64,000 nucleotides of DNA, from the NCBI GenBank assembly GCA_964397415.1, contig CAYNIJ010000001.1, positions 522,345 through 586,344 on the forward strand, read 5' to 3'. Under the pieces are notes generated by a model. The model made no database searches, had not been told where the DNA came from, and saw nothing but the letters and a program-made list of their open reading frames with translations. Position 1 is the first letter of the stretch; every line of letters begins with the position of its first letter. The translations under genes and the position numbers were made by a program. Shown piece by piece: positions 37,437 through 47,130 of this stretch. This stretch comes from an uncultured Ignavibacteriales bacterium. GTDB taxonomy: Bacteria > Zixibacteria > MSB-5A5 > GN15 > FEB-12.

Positions 37437-38756
37437 TCAGCCCTTGGCCTTGGCGACCTGAGCCTTGAGCCAATCGGTGCCGACAGATTTCGGACGCGTG
37501 ATCGGTGTGCCGAGCGCGCGGTTCAGCACGAGCTGCGACAGCATACCCATGGCACGGGAGACGGAGAACAATACGGTGTAGTAATCGAACTCCTTCAAGC
37601 CGTAGTACCAGAGCAGCGCGCCGGAAGCGGCGTCGACGTTCGGCCACGGATCCTTCGCCTTACCATGCTCTTTGAGCACTTTCGGGACAATGTTGAACAC
37701 GCGGTCAACCGTCTGGAAGACCGGATCATTCGGCATATACTTGGCGCCAAACGCGCGGAAGGCGTCGAAGCGCGGGTCGGTGATGCGGAGCACTGCATGT
37801 CCGTATCCGGGGACAACCTGGCCGCCGTTCAGAGTCTCCCAGGCATACTTCTCGAGTTCAGGCTCGGTCGGGACGCCTTTGAATTTCTTGATTGTCTCGA
37901 GCACCCAGCCGAGGCACTCCTGATTGGCCAAACCGTGCAGAGGGCCCGCTAGGCCATTGAGGCCAGCCGATACCGCATAGTATGGATCGGAGAGAGCGGA
38001 TCCTACCGTATGGCAGGTGAACGCGGAGACGTTGCCACCTTCGTGATCCGAGTGGAGCACGAGGTAGAGGCGCATCATATCGTAGACTTCGTTGAGATTT
38101 GGCTTCTTCTGCCCCTTCTTGACCTTCGGATTGTCAATACCCAGCATGTGGGCATAGTCAGCACCCCAGTCAAGTTTCGCGGACGATTTGATGATCGGTC
38201 CTTTTTTGTATTTGATGCGATAGATACCGGCCGCGATCGCGGGGATGGTTCCGAGAATGCGCATGGCGTCATCAAGCGCCGGCTCCCAGTATTCGTTCTT
38301 ATGCATTCCTTTGGAGTAGCGTTTGCGGAAGACCGACTCATTTTCCATCGCCAGGATAGCGGTGTCCAGCATCGCCATCGGATGCGAGGTTTTCGGCATA
38401 GCCTTGAGGACTTTCCAAACATAGTCCGGTACTTTGCCGTTTTTTTTCAATTCCTTCTGGAATCCAGCCAGTTCTTCCTTGGTCGGCATCTCGCCGGTCA
38501 TCAGCAACCAGAAGATCTCTTCAGGGAGTTTTTCAGTGAGGTCCTTGATCGGAATGCCGCGGATCACAAGACCGGTATCAGGCTCAACGAGCGAGGTGTC
38601 GCACACCAAGCCCTTTACGGCGCGCATGCCGCCGATCGCCTGTTCAACCGTCACTTGTGAAATAACGACATCGCGACCTTCCTTCATGACCGCAGCGCGT
38701 TCTTCACGCAGCTTCGGAATAAGTTCGGCCATTCTCTGTTTTAAGGTTTTGGCCAT
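37437..38756 (-). CDS. gltA: Citrate (Si)-synthase, eukaryote-like type
   Basis: GGMRAVKGLVCDTS, LYLVLHSDHEGGNVSA, NGLAGPLHGLANQE, VPGYGHAVLR, PWPNVDA, RPKS. Confidence 0.95.
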   Translation of the reverse strand: MAKTLKQRMAELIPKLREERAAVMKEGRDVVISQVTVEQAIGGMRAVKGLVCDTSLVEPDTGLVIRGIPIKDLTEKLPEEIFWLLMTGEMPTKEELAGFQKELKKNGKVPDYVWKVLKAMPKTSHPMAMLDTAILAMENESVFRKRYSKGMHKNEYWEPALDDAMRILGTIPAIAAGIYRIKYKKGPIIKSSAKLDWGADYAHMLGIDNPKVKKGQKKPNLNEVYDMMRLYLVLHSDHEGGNVSAFTCHTVGSALSDPYYAVSAGLNGLAGPLHGLANQECLGWVLETIKKFKGVPTEPELEKYAWETLNGGQVVPGYGHAVLRITDPRFDAFRAFGAKYMPNDPVFQTVDRVFNIVPKVLKEHGKAKDPWPNVDAASGALLWYYGLKEFDYYTVLFSVSRAMGMLSQLVLNRALGTPITRPKSVGTDWLKAQVAKAKG

Positions 38757-38809
38757 CGAAGTACTCCTTTGTTTTATAAGTCGGCGACTGTTTTCTGTAC
38801 CGGCTCGTG

Positions 38810-38864
38810 TGTGAATAGTTTCACATTACCGACCAAAGTAGTATTGCTTAGTTTGGTTTGTCAA
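38810..38864 (-). promoter_or_regulatory. gltA promoter with downstream Rex/CRP-like palindrome
   Basis: Minus strand TTGACA-N18-TACTTT; palindrome TGTGAA-TAGT-TTCACA at 38810-38825. Confidence 0.65.
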
Positions 38865-38893
38865 GCTACGAAGATGGGTAGAATTAGCAATTT

Positions 38894-40264
38894 TCAATCC
38901 GGAAGGAGTTTTCCCGGATTTAGGAGGGACGCGGGGTCGAATACCAGTTTGATCTGCCGCATCGCTGCCAGAGTCGACGGGTCAAACTCGAGGTGAAGGT
39001 AGTCACGTTTGGCCAGGCCGATGCCGTGTTCGCCCGTCAGGGTGCCGCCCAGTTCGATGGTCTTTCGCATCAGCGTCAGGACACCATCCTCAATCAGCCG
39101 CTGGTCGGCCTCGGAGCCGGTTTGGGAGAGGTAGTTTACATGCAGGTTGCCATCCCCGGCATGGCCAAAGGAATTGATCCTTAAGCGACTGGAGGCATTT
39201 ATCTGAGCTACAAAGTCAACCAAGACAGGAAATTGGCTGTTCGGAACCGCTACATCCTCGGAGATCCGGAGCGCGGCAGAGGCTTTGATAGCTTTGGAGA
39301 GGTTGCGGCGGACATTCCAGAGGGACTCCGCGGCTTCCGGGTCTGCTTCGTCACGCAGATAGCTACATCCGTTACGATGGCAAATCTCACGAATCTGTAC
39401 GGTTTCTTTGGGAATGTCAGCACCTGTCGTTTCAATCAGGAGAATGGCGGCGACATTATCTAAGCCATCGTTCTTCTCGTACTGATTCGAGCAGGCGGCG
39501 GCATCTCCATCAAGGAATTCAAGAACGGTTGGGATGATTCCAGCGGCGGTAATATCTGAGACCGTCTGGGCGGCGGCTTTAGGATCCGGGAAAGCCACGA
39601 GAATGGTTGCGCCACGGGTCGGAATCGGGGAGAGGCGGAATGCGATCTCAGTGATTATCGCTAACGTCCCTTCGGAGGCAATCAGGAGCTCTCCCAAACC
39701 GGCGAAGCCTGATTGGTCGCCGAGTATGCCAGTTCGAAGTATCGAGCCGTCGGCCAGGACAGCCTCAAGTCCGAGAACATAATCTTTGGTGGTGCCGAAT
39801 CTTCGGCAACGCAAGCCGCCCGCGCCTTCCGCAACGTTGCCGCCCAGGGTCGATTCAAGATAACTGGCCGGGTCGGGAGGATAGGTGAGGCCGACTTTCG
39901 CGGCTTCATCCTGTAGAGTCTTGGTAATCACACCGGGGCCGACAATGGCCGTCTTCTCTGGTTTGGTAATGCGCAGATGGGCAATGAGTTCGGTTGATAA
40001 CAGTAAACTATTACTTGAGGGGACACAACCGCCCGAGAGTCCGGTCCCCGCACCTCGTGGGATGAGGGGAATAGCATTGGTGCGACAGAAATTCACTGCC
40101 GCTTGCACGTCCTCGCGGACACGGGCCATCAGAATCGCCGAAGGCTTTCCGGAGTAGGTGGTAGCATCGGTGAAATACTTTTCGTGAGCGGAATCCGGCT
40201 CAATGATGAGTGAGTCGGGGAATGAGAGCTGGGCCCGGAGAGATTCGAAGTTCGTGGTCGTCAT
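38894..40264 (-). CDS. FAD-linked oxidase/dehydrogenase (GlcD/D-lactate dehydrogenase family)
   Basis: PRGAGTGLSGG, YPPDPAS, LGGNVA, SEGTL, GHAGDGNLH, GEHGIG, LNPGK. Confidence 0.92.
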   Translation of the reverse strand: MTTTNFESLRAQLSFPDSLIIEPDSAHEKYFTDATTYSGKPSAILMARVREDVQAAVNFCRTNAIPLIPRGAGTGLSGGCVPSSNSLLLSTELIAHLRITKPEKTAIVGPGVITKTLQDEAAKVGLTYPPDPASYLESTLGGNVAEGAGGLRCRRFGTTKDYVLGLEAVLADGSILRTGILGDQSGFAGLGELLIASEGTLAIITEIAFRLSPIPTRGATILVAFPDPKAAAQTVSDITAAGIIPTVLEFLDGDAAACSNQYEKNDGLDNVAAILLIETTGADIPKETVQIREICHRNGCSYLRDEADPEAAESLWNVRRNLSKAIKASAALRISEDVAVPNSQFPVLVDFVAQINASSRLRINSFGHAGDGNLHVNYLSQTGSEADQRLIEDGVLTLMRKTIELGGTLTGEHGIGLAKRDYLHLEFDPSTLAAMRQIKLVFDPASLLNPGKLLPD

Positions 40265-40286
40265 CGGTGGCCCACTGGTGTCGAGT

Positions 40287-40532
40287 TTAGGAGTCTGACT
40301 TCGGCTTGGGATCAGACTTGGACGGGGAGGAGTCCGATTTGGACTCGCCTTTCCGCTTGTAGTCGGTGATGTAAAACCCGGTTCCTTTGAAGATGAGCCC
40401 AGCGCCGCCGGAGATCAGGCGCTGAGGAGTCTTGCCGCAAGTCGGGCAAACGTCAATCGGGTCTTCAGACATCGCCTGAAACTCTTCGAATTCATGCCCA
40501 CAATGCGGGCAGCGGTACTGGTAGGTCGGCAT
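40287..40532 (-). CDS. FmdB family zinc-ribbon regulatory protein
   Basis: MPTYQYRCPHCG..CPTCG..FKGTGFYITDY. Confidence 0.93.
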   Translation of the reverse strand: MPTYQYRCPHCGHEFEEFQAMSEDPIDVCPTCGKTPQRLISGGAGLIFKGTGFYITDYKRKGESKSDSSPSKSDPKPKSDS

Positions 40533-40659
40533 ATGATAATCTCTTCAAAAATCCTGTTATGGCCACCTAAAGGGTGAGCGGTAGTATCAGACAGATGTAA
40601 CCATCTGGCAAGGAAAAATGTTCAGGCGGGGAGTCGGGTTCCAGAGGCCGGAGATTAGA

Positions 40660-41349
40660 TCATAGGCCGAGCTTCACGGCGAGGCCGCAGCTCAAAATCA
40701 CGAATCCGGCCATGGCGTGGGCGAACCGTTCCATGCGCTGGAGCGGGAAAAATCGAACTCCGCGTTGTAGCAGGAGAACCATGCCGAGCATGGTTCCGAT
40801 AGTCGTCACGCTGAAGACGATCGTCACCAGCCAGAGGCCGAGCGTGCTTTCGTTGGCGGCAGGATACATGAGGATCGGAATGAGCGGTTCGCAGGGGCCG
40901 AGAACGAAAATGGCGAACAGGACCCACGGCGTGATGTTGGCTTTCTTGCCTGCTGTCGCGTGAATATGGGAATGGGAGTGAGGGTGCGCATGGAAAGTGC
41001 CGTCGTCGTGCGTATGCCGATGTTTTTTGAATGCCTGACGGAATCCCCAGACCATATAGACCAAACCGAACGCTATGAGTGCCCAGCCGGCGAGATCGCC
41101 GCGATATGATTCGGCGGATTCCAGGCTGGTGACAGCAAGGCCGAGCGCAATCCCGACAAAACCGAGAATCACACTGCTGAGAACATGGCCAATACCGCAC
41201 AGGATAGTCACAACGCTGGTCTTCATGGTTGACCATTGTCGCGCCTGTGACATGGCGAGAAAGGGGAGATAGTGGTCGGGGCCGAGGAGTGTATGGATAA
41301 AGCCGATCGAGGCTGCGGCGATTATCAGCGCGGTGAGTTCGTTTGTCAT
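40660..41349 (-). CDS. Putative nickel/cobalt transporter (UreH/NiCoT-like, His-rich loop)
   Basis: HTLLGPDHYLP, GIGH, HRHTHDDGTFHAHPHSHSH, LGPCEPLIP. Confidence 0.75.
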   Translation of the reverse strand: MTNELTALIIAAASIGFIHTLLGPDHYLPFLAMSQARQWSTMKTSVVTILCGIGHVLSSVILGFVGIALGLAVTSLESAESYRGDLAGWALIAFGLVYMVWGFRQAFKKHRHTHDDGTFHAHPHSHSHIHATAGKKANITPWVLFAIFVLGPCEPLIPILMYPAANESTLGLWLVTIVFSVTTIGTMLGMVLLLQRGVRFFPLQRMERFAHAMAGFVILSCGLAVKLGL

Positions 41350-41548
41350 GTTGCTCCAACGTATAGTTCAGTTCAGGAAATATGTTGGAAATCCCGGAAG
41401 GGTCAAGGCAAAAGCGTGGATATATGAGGCGATGTTGTGATCTCTGCGAGGGTTTGGTCACAAGCTGAAGGAAAGTCAGTATGGGAAGGGTTTCGCCGAT
41501 GGTAATTCTTGCGCCGACCACTGCCTCCCGGTCGGCGTTAGGCCGCAA

Positions 41549-43219
41549 TTAGCTTTTCGGCTTGGAGTGCGCGGCAAGAATCTCGCGTGAGCGAAGCAGC
41601 GCGTCATCGTAGGTCGGCATCATGTTCTCACGACCGATCTGCTGGAGGAGGCCGGAATCATCCATTGCCTTGACCACCGCAGGCTGAGCGCCGGAGACTA
41701 TAAATGAAGTGCCGGATTTCTTGAAGGAGTGAAAGACATCTTCGATGGTGCGAAGGCCGGTGGAATCAATAACCGGGACCTGACGCATACGGATGATAAT
41801 CACTTTGGGTGGCTTGCCGATAGCGGTCAGCGATTCTTTGAATTTGTATGCGGCACCAAAAAACATCGGGCCGTTGATCTCGAAGACGCGCGCACCATCG
41901 GGAATGGGTGAGAGCGAGAAGTTGGCGACATCATCCATGCCGCCGGTCTCATCCCAATTCTGAGATATGGCGGTGACATTACTGGAATACGACATCGAGC
42001 GGAGAAACGCGATGGAGGCGATCACGAGGCCAACTTGCAAGGCGATAGTCAAGTCTATGACAACCGTCAGCGTAAAAGTACTGAGCAAGACGGCGGCGTC
42101 GCTTTTGCTCCCTTTGATCTGTGCCAGAAACGTGCGCCATTCGGACATATTGTAGGCGACGACTATCATGATCCCGGCGAGAGCGGCCATGGGAATCATG
42201 CCGGCATACTTTCCGAAGGCGAGCATGATGGCGAGTAGAATGAACGCATGGACAATACCAGCGACGGGGGTCCGTCCGCCGTTCTTTACGTTGGTGGCAG
42301 TACGGGCAATAGCGCCGGTTGCGGGAATACCGCCAAAGATAGGCGACGCAACATTGGCGACTCCCTGCGCGACCAGTTCCATATTGGAGCGATGTTTGCC
42401 GGAGATCATGCCATCGGCGACGACGGCGGAAAGCAATGCTTCAATTCCCGCGAGGAGCGCGATAGTCAATCCGGGCTGAATCAGTTCCTTGATCGTGCTC
42501 CAGTTGACCGCCGGCCACGTGGGTGTGGGAAGAGTGTGCGGAATCTCTCCGAAGCGAGCTTGAATTGTTTCCAGCGGGAGGTTGAGCAGAGGCACTGCCG
42601 CGGTCGCGGCTATCAGCGCGACGAAGGGACTCGGAATAATGGCGGTGATCTTCGGCCAGAAGACAATCACCAGAATAACGCCGAGTCCGAGAGCGAGGTT
42701 AGTCAACTGAGCATCGCCGATATGGGTCAGAATGATGATCCACTTCTCAATGAAGTCGGCGGGGAGATTATTGATGCCGAGTCCCAGGAGGTCGTTCATC
42801 TGCGACGAAAAGATGATGACCGCGATCCCGGTCGTGAATCCGACAATGACCGGATGAGGGATGAACTTGATGACCGAGCCGAATTTGGCCAGGCCCATCG
42901 CGATGAGGATGACCCCCGCAATGAGAGTTGCGGCCATGAGGCCGTCGATCCCGTACTGTTGGACAATGCCGTAAATAATGACGACAAACGCGCCAGTCGG
43001 GCCGCCAATTTGGACTCGGCTTCCGCCGAGGGCGGAGATTATGAATCCCGCGACGATGGCGGTGAAGAGACCTTTCTCTGGAGAAACGCCGGAGGCGATA
43101 GCGAACGCGATGGCGAGGGGGAGGGCGACGATCGCGACTATGGTGCCGGCGGCGGCATCGGCGCCAAATTGGCGCATCGTGTACCCTTTGAGAGTATCAA
43201 ACAGCTTTGGTCTTAGCAT
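41549..43219 (-). CDS. sulP: SulP/SLC26 anion transporter with STAS domain
   Basis: ALPLAIAFAIASG, QIGGPTGAF, ATGAIARTATN, GPMFFGA, IDSTG. Confidence 0.95.
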   Translation of the reverse strand: MLRPKLFDTLKGYTMRQFGADAAAGTIVAIVALPLAIAFAIASGVSPEKGLFTAIVAGFIISALGGSRVQIGGPTGAFVVIIYGIVQQYGIDGLMAATLIAGVILIAMGLAKFGSVIKFIPHPVIVGFTTGIAVIIFSSQMNDLLGLGINNLPADFIEKWIIILTHIGDAQLTNLALGLGVILVIVFWPKITAIIPSPFVALIAATAAVPLLNLPLETIQARFGEIPHTLPTPTWPAVNWSTIKELIQPGLTIALLAGIEALLSAVVADGMISGKHRSNMELVAQGVANVASPIFGGIPATGAIARTATNVKNGGRTPVAGIVHAFILLAIMLAFGKYAGMIPMAALAGIMIVVAYNMSEWRTFLAQIKGSKSDAAVLLSTFTLTVVIDLTIALQVGLVIASIAFLRSMSYSSNVTAISQNWDETGGMDDVANFSLSPIPDGARVFEINGPMFFGAAYKFKESLTAIGKPPKVIIIRMRQVPVIDSTGLRTIEDVFHSFKKSGTSFIVSGAQPAVVKAMDDSGLLQQIGRENMMPTYDDALLRSREILAAHSKPKS

Positions 43220-43397
43220 CAGGTGCGGTTCCTAAGCAGCCGAAAGTAGACCTGATTTTATTGAGTGTCAAGAATTGAGATAGCAAAAACAAACATAGTT
43301 GTTTGCCTATGATCGGCAGATGGTTCTGGCTTGCCGAAATGGTCATTTCTGTCTATGCTACAATGAGAATATGGCTGTCAGATAAGGGGTAATACGA

Positions 43398-43988
43398 ATG
43401 AAAGTCTCACTTGGCGCAAAGACGCTTGTTTATCCGACTCCCGCGTGGGTGATCGGGGCATATGATCAACATGGAAAAGCGAATATCATGACGGTGGCGT
43501 GGGGCGGAGTCTGCAATTCAAAGCCGCCGCAAGTGACCATTTCTCTGCGCAAGGCGACCTACACGTATAGCTGTATCATGGAGCGGAAAGCGTACACGAT
43601 CAATCATCTGCCAGAGCAATATGTGGCGGCAGTTGATTATTGCGGGATGGCGTCGGGGCGAACGGCGGACAAATTCAAAGAGGCGGATCTAACGCCAATT
43701 GGCTCCGATCTGGTAGACGCGCCATATGTCGCTCAAGCCAATCTGGTGGTGGAGTGCCACTTGAATCAGGCAATCGAAATCGGGCTGCATACGATGTTCA
43801 TTGGAGATATTGTGGATGTCAAGGCTGATCAGAATGTGCTCGACGCCGCCAATGTGCCTGATCCGATGAAGTTGCTTCCGATCATTTACGCGACGGGGGC
43901 CCAGAGATATTTCGGACTGGGGCGCGATTTGGGGAAAGGGTACTCGATCGGGAAGACGGTCAAGCCATCGGCCGACCCGGAGTACTGA
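43398..43988 (+). CDS. Flavin reductase-like (flavoredoxin) protein
   Basis: YPTP..IGAY..NIMTVAWGG, DYCGMASG, EC..IGLHTMFIGDI. Confidence 0.9.
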   Translation: MKVSLGAKTLVYPTPAWVIGAYDQHGKANIMTVAWGGVCNSKPPQVTISLRKATYTYSCIMERKAYTINHLPEQYVAAVDYCGMASGRTADKFKEADLTPIGSDLVDAPYVAQANLVVECHLNQAIEIGLHTMFIGDIVDVKADQNVLDAANVPDPMKLLPIIYATGAQRYFGLGRDLGKGYSIGKTVKPSADPEY

Positions 43989-44045
43989 TTGGCGATATTG
44001 ATTTTTCTGGCATCGGATTGGCCGATGTTCTTATATTTGTGCTGA

Positions 44046-44125
44046 TGGGGATGGAGTCCCCCGACAACCGCCTTTTCTTGGGCTGATGACTCCTGCGCTG
44101 TGAACGTATCGCCAGCAGGAGTTTT
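44046..44125 (+). promoter_or_regulatory. Fluoride (crcB) riboswitch with expression platform
   Basis: GGGGATGGAGTCCCCC..AACCGCC..GGCTGATGACTCCT matches the known motif; ACTCCTGC/GCAGGAGT stem + T4 covers the crcB SD. Confidence 0.93.
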
Positions 44126-44127
44126 GA

Positions 44128-44505
44128 ATGATGAAATTGCTTATGATCGCGGCGGCGGGTCTGGTCGGGACACTTGCCCGGTATGGATTGAGCGGATTGG
44201 TCCAGAAGCAGTCTGGCTCGCTCTTTCCGGTCGGGACATTAGTTGTCAATGTCGTCGGATGTCTGCTGTTCGGCATCCTCTGGTCTTGGGCCGAGGACCG
44301 GATCACTATTGAGTCTTCTCTTCGCGCGGCGATCTTCATCGGGTTCTTCGGCGCTTTCACCACATTCTCCAGTTTTGCGTATGAGACGGTTGCGATGATG
44401 CGTGAGTCGCAGTGGTTTGCCGCAATGGCCAATGTGCTGATCCAGAATATTGTCGGGCTGGCGGGATTGTTTGGCGGTTTGCTCATCGGCAGGAAGCTGG
44501 TGTGA
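44128..44505 (+). CDS. crcB: Fluoride channel CrcB/FluC
   Basis: GTLARY, FPVGTLVVNVVGC, GFFGAFTTFSSF..E. Confidence 0.96.
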   Translation: MMKLLMIAAAGLVGTLARYGLSGLVQKQSGSLFPVGTLVVNVVGCLLFGILWSWAEDRITIESSLRAAIFIGFFGAFTTFSSFAYETVAMMRESQWFAAMANVLIQNIVGLAGLFGGLLIGRKLV

Positions 44506-44515
44506 GGAGGAAGAG

Positions 44516-44860
44516 ATGGAATTACCAGTACAGTCTGAACTACTTCGGATCTTTGTCGGCGAGTCGGACCGTTGGCACGGGAAGCCATTGTATGAGGCGA
44601 TCGTGCTGGAGGCCCGCGCCGCCGGTTTGGCCGGGGCGACTGTCACGCGCGGTCTGATGGGATATGGCGCGCACAGCAGGATTCATACGACCAAAGTACT
44701 CCGGCTATCGGAAGACCTGCCGATCATTATCGAGATAGCCGACCGTGCCGAACGGATTGAAGCATTCCTCCCAAAACTTGATACGATGATCGTTGAGGGG
44801 TTGGTTACGGTAGAGAAAGTGCGAGTGATACTCTACCGCCACGGGGAAGCGCTGGAGTAA
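44516..44860 (+). CDS. DUF190 (PII-like) protein
   Basis: LLRIFVGESDRWHGKPLYEAIV..AGATV.RG..G.G..LSEDLP; GAGGAGG RBS; usual crcB neighbour. Confidence 0.92.
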   Translation: MELPVQSELLRIFVGESDRWHGKPLYEAIVLEARAAGLAGATVTRGLMGYGAHSRIHTTKVLRLSEDLPIIIEIADRAERIEAFLPKLDTMIVEGLVTVEKVRVILYRHGEALE

Positions 44861-44895
44861 AAACGGCCGCTGCATACAGAAGATGCAGCGGCCGT
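44859..44895. terminator. Intrinsic terminator between convergent genes
   Basis: ACGGCCGCTGCAT..ATGCAGCGGCCGT with A-tract. Confidence 0.8.
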
Positions 44896-44916
44896 ATGAG
44901 CCAAAGAGAAAAGAAA

Positions 44917-47130
44917 TTACGGACAAGGCGGAAGCGGCGGTCGCGGAACCGTCGTTAGATACGCTATCAGCAGAGAAAGATCTGAAAGGTCTATCGCTCC
45001 AACTGCGTTTACATTGGCCTCACCGACGCACGGCAGAGCCGGTCGTGGAACCACCGTCAAGTAGCTAATGAGCAGAGAAAGATCTGAAAGGTCGGGAGTT
45101 TCAGATGGACTCTTGTTCACGTTACCGGTTGTGCCAATACAGCAACCAGGTGGAACGGACTGTCCACCCGTGATCACGAACGCAAGATCAAGCGAAGTCA
45201 GGAAGGATGGAGGAGTGCGAATCTCAGTCCAATCGGATCCCGCTCCCTGCCCTTGGTACATGCGAATGGTGCCGGTTGTGGAGCCAGACATTCCGCTGAA
45301 CGGACCGCCCGGTCTTCCGACGAAATCAATTCGATAAGTAATGTCAAAGAAACTGTCTACCTGCCAATCAGTAGTTGGTAGTCGAGTTAAAGTCGTATGG
45401 CCCGGGCTCGGCATACCGAAATTGGTTCCAGCCGTAATTCTCAACAGGTCGAAATCGGGATCACCAGTTATCTGTCCCTGCATTTGCGCGAAATCGGCTG
45501 GGAAGCTTTGCACCGCCGCGCCACCCCGAGGTCCCGTGTGTGTCTGGCATTGAAGTTGCATCATCAGGTTTCTCGAGTAGCCGGACATTGCCCCAGTGCC
45601 GGTCATCGGCATCTCAAGGAAGATATCGAAGAACTGGATATGGCCGCCAAGCGATCCTCCGGGTGCCTCAAGCATATTAAACATGTTGGTCATGCGAGCA
45701 GGGAAATCTACGGTTGAGCCTGGTGGCAGGCCATTCGAGAAGGACATCAGATTGCCGTAGCCATCAATGGGGCATTGTGCGGGGAGTGTTCCGGTAAAAG
45801 TCCCATTGTCGGGGGTGACACAGGGGGTGCCGACAACCGGCTGACGATAGGCTGCGTCGTCGTTATACTGTTGCAGCGAACTCTTCCATCCCCATCGTTT
45901 ACCCATCAATGAGTCGATCGGGTCAAGATTCGCTTTGACCACCAGCCAGTAGATCACCCCAGCAGTCTGTTGGAACCAATCGATCGAGTCGACCAGGATG
46001 TCATATTGATACCAGCGTCGATGGTTCGGGTGAATGAAGAAATTGGTTGAAGGATCAAACCATCCCTGGTTGTGCAGGTCCATTGGCGTCTTTACATACA
46101 AACTGTAGTCTTTCTCCCACAGTTTTGTCCCCGGATGACTCCACGGGAGAGTGATGCCTGCGGGCACATCGGACCAAATGGAGACCGTGAAAGATGGAAT
46201 ATAAGCGGTGTCATCGTTGAGCCATGAACCCCAGAAGTGGATATCCTTGATCGCACCGGTTTCAGTACACATGAAGTCGTCACCCATTTCGCGTGACGAT
46301 GTCGCGTAGACATCCCATCCGTTCGAATCGGGGAGCTGCGGATAATGCATTTTAAAGGTGTCGCCTGGATTCCAGAATGGTCCCCCCTGCAATAGATGGA
46401 GAGGGAAATCAGTCGTGGAACCGGACATGCCCGCAAACGGCCCACCCGGCGCGCCGATGAAGTCGATGCGGTACGTTATGTCAAAGAAGCTGTTGACGGC
46501 CCAATCCAGGGTGGGACGCCTGGCGAGGGTGGTTCGTCCGGGGCTCGGCATACCAAAGCTATTGCCGGCGGTGATCCTCAACAAGTCGAAATCTGGATCG
46601 CCCACGATCTGACCCTGCAGTTGCATCAGTTCGGTGACGAATATCTGTGGCGAAGTGCCCGGTGTGCGGGGGGCAGTGTGATATTGGCCGTTGAAAGGGA
46701 AGACCATCGTCCGGTTGTACGATGAGAACATGCCAGTCCCAGTGAGGATGAGATTCGCTGACGCGGTGAAATTGACGATCTCACCACCCAGGATTCCTCC
46801 GGGAAAAACCCCCATGGGGGTTAGGTTCATGGCGATGATCTCGATCTTGATCTCGGAACCGACCGGAAGACCACTCTGGATGTGAGCTGTGTCCTGGTGG
46901 GTGCGATAGGGACAGAGGGCGGGTAGTGTGATGGTTCCGCCGACATCAGGCGCCGCGCAGATGGTGGGAGTAGGCATGGCGGCTGATTGTTCTGGTAAAT
47001 CGAAGGGAAGAACGAATCCCGATCGATCGGGAGTGGCCGGATTTTCGGTCGCGGAGCTGCTCACGATGCACAACAGTGCGAACAGGAGCGCAATCGGAAA
47101 AGGTCGGGCCAATGCAAGGCGATGTCGCAT
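44917..47130 (-). CDS. Secreted modular protein with duplicated ~185 aa domain and C-terminal dockerin-like (DLSDL x2) module
   Basis: Signal peptide; two GDPDFDLLRITAG..FGMPSPG..SFFDITYRIDF repeats; CCIGTTGNVN..DLSDLSLLISYL..C..EANVN..IDLSDLSLLIAYL..CP. Confidence 0.8.
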   Translation of the reverse strand: MRHRLALARPFPIALLFALLCIVSSSATENPATPDRSGFVLPFDLPEQSAAMPTPTICAAPDVGGTITLPALCPYRTHQDTAHIQSGLPVGSEIKIEIIAMNLTPMGVFPGGILGGEIVNFTASANLILTGTGMFSSYNRTMVFPFNGQYHTAPRTPGTSPQIFVTELMQLQGQIVGDPDFDLLRITAGNSFGMPSPGRTTLARRPTLDWAVNSFFDITYRIDFIGAPGGPFAGMSGSTTDFPLHLLQGGPFWNPGDTFKMHYPQLPDSNGWDVYATSSREMGDDFMCTETGAIKDIHFWGSWLNDDTAYIPSFTVSIWSDVPAGITLPWSHPGTKLWEKDYSLYVKTPMDLHNQGWFDPSTNFFIHPNHRRWYQYDILVDSIDWFQQTAGVIYWLVVKANLDPIDSLMGKRWGWKSSLQQYNDDAAYRQPVVGTPCVTPDNGTFTGTLPAQCPIDGYGNLMSFSNGLPPGSTVDFPARMTNMFNMLEAPGGSLGGHIQFFDIFLEMPMTGTGAMSGYSRNLMMQLQCQTHTGPRGGAAVQSFPADFAQMQGQITGDPDFDLLRITAGTNFGMPSPGHTTLTRLPTTDWQVDSFFDITYRIDFVGRPGGPFSGMSGSTTGTIRMYQGQGAGSDWTEIRTPPSFLTSLDLAFVITGGQSVPPGCCIGTTGNVNKSPSETPDLSDLSLLISYLTVVPRPALPCVGEANVNAVGAIDLSDLSLLIAYLTTVPRPPLPPCP

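Noticed and set aside
40655-41548. 297 aa minus-strand ORF
   Set aside because: Alternative frame over the Ni/Co transporter-like gene; Arg/Pro-rich with no family motifs
42248-43216. 322 aa plus-strand ORF
   Set aside because: Antisense shadow of the hydrophobic sulP gene
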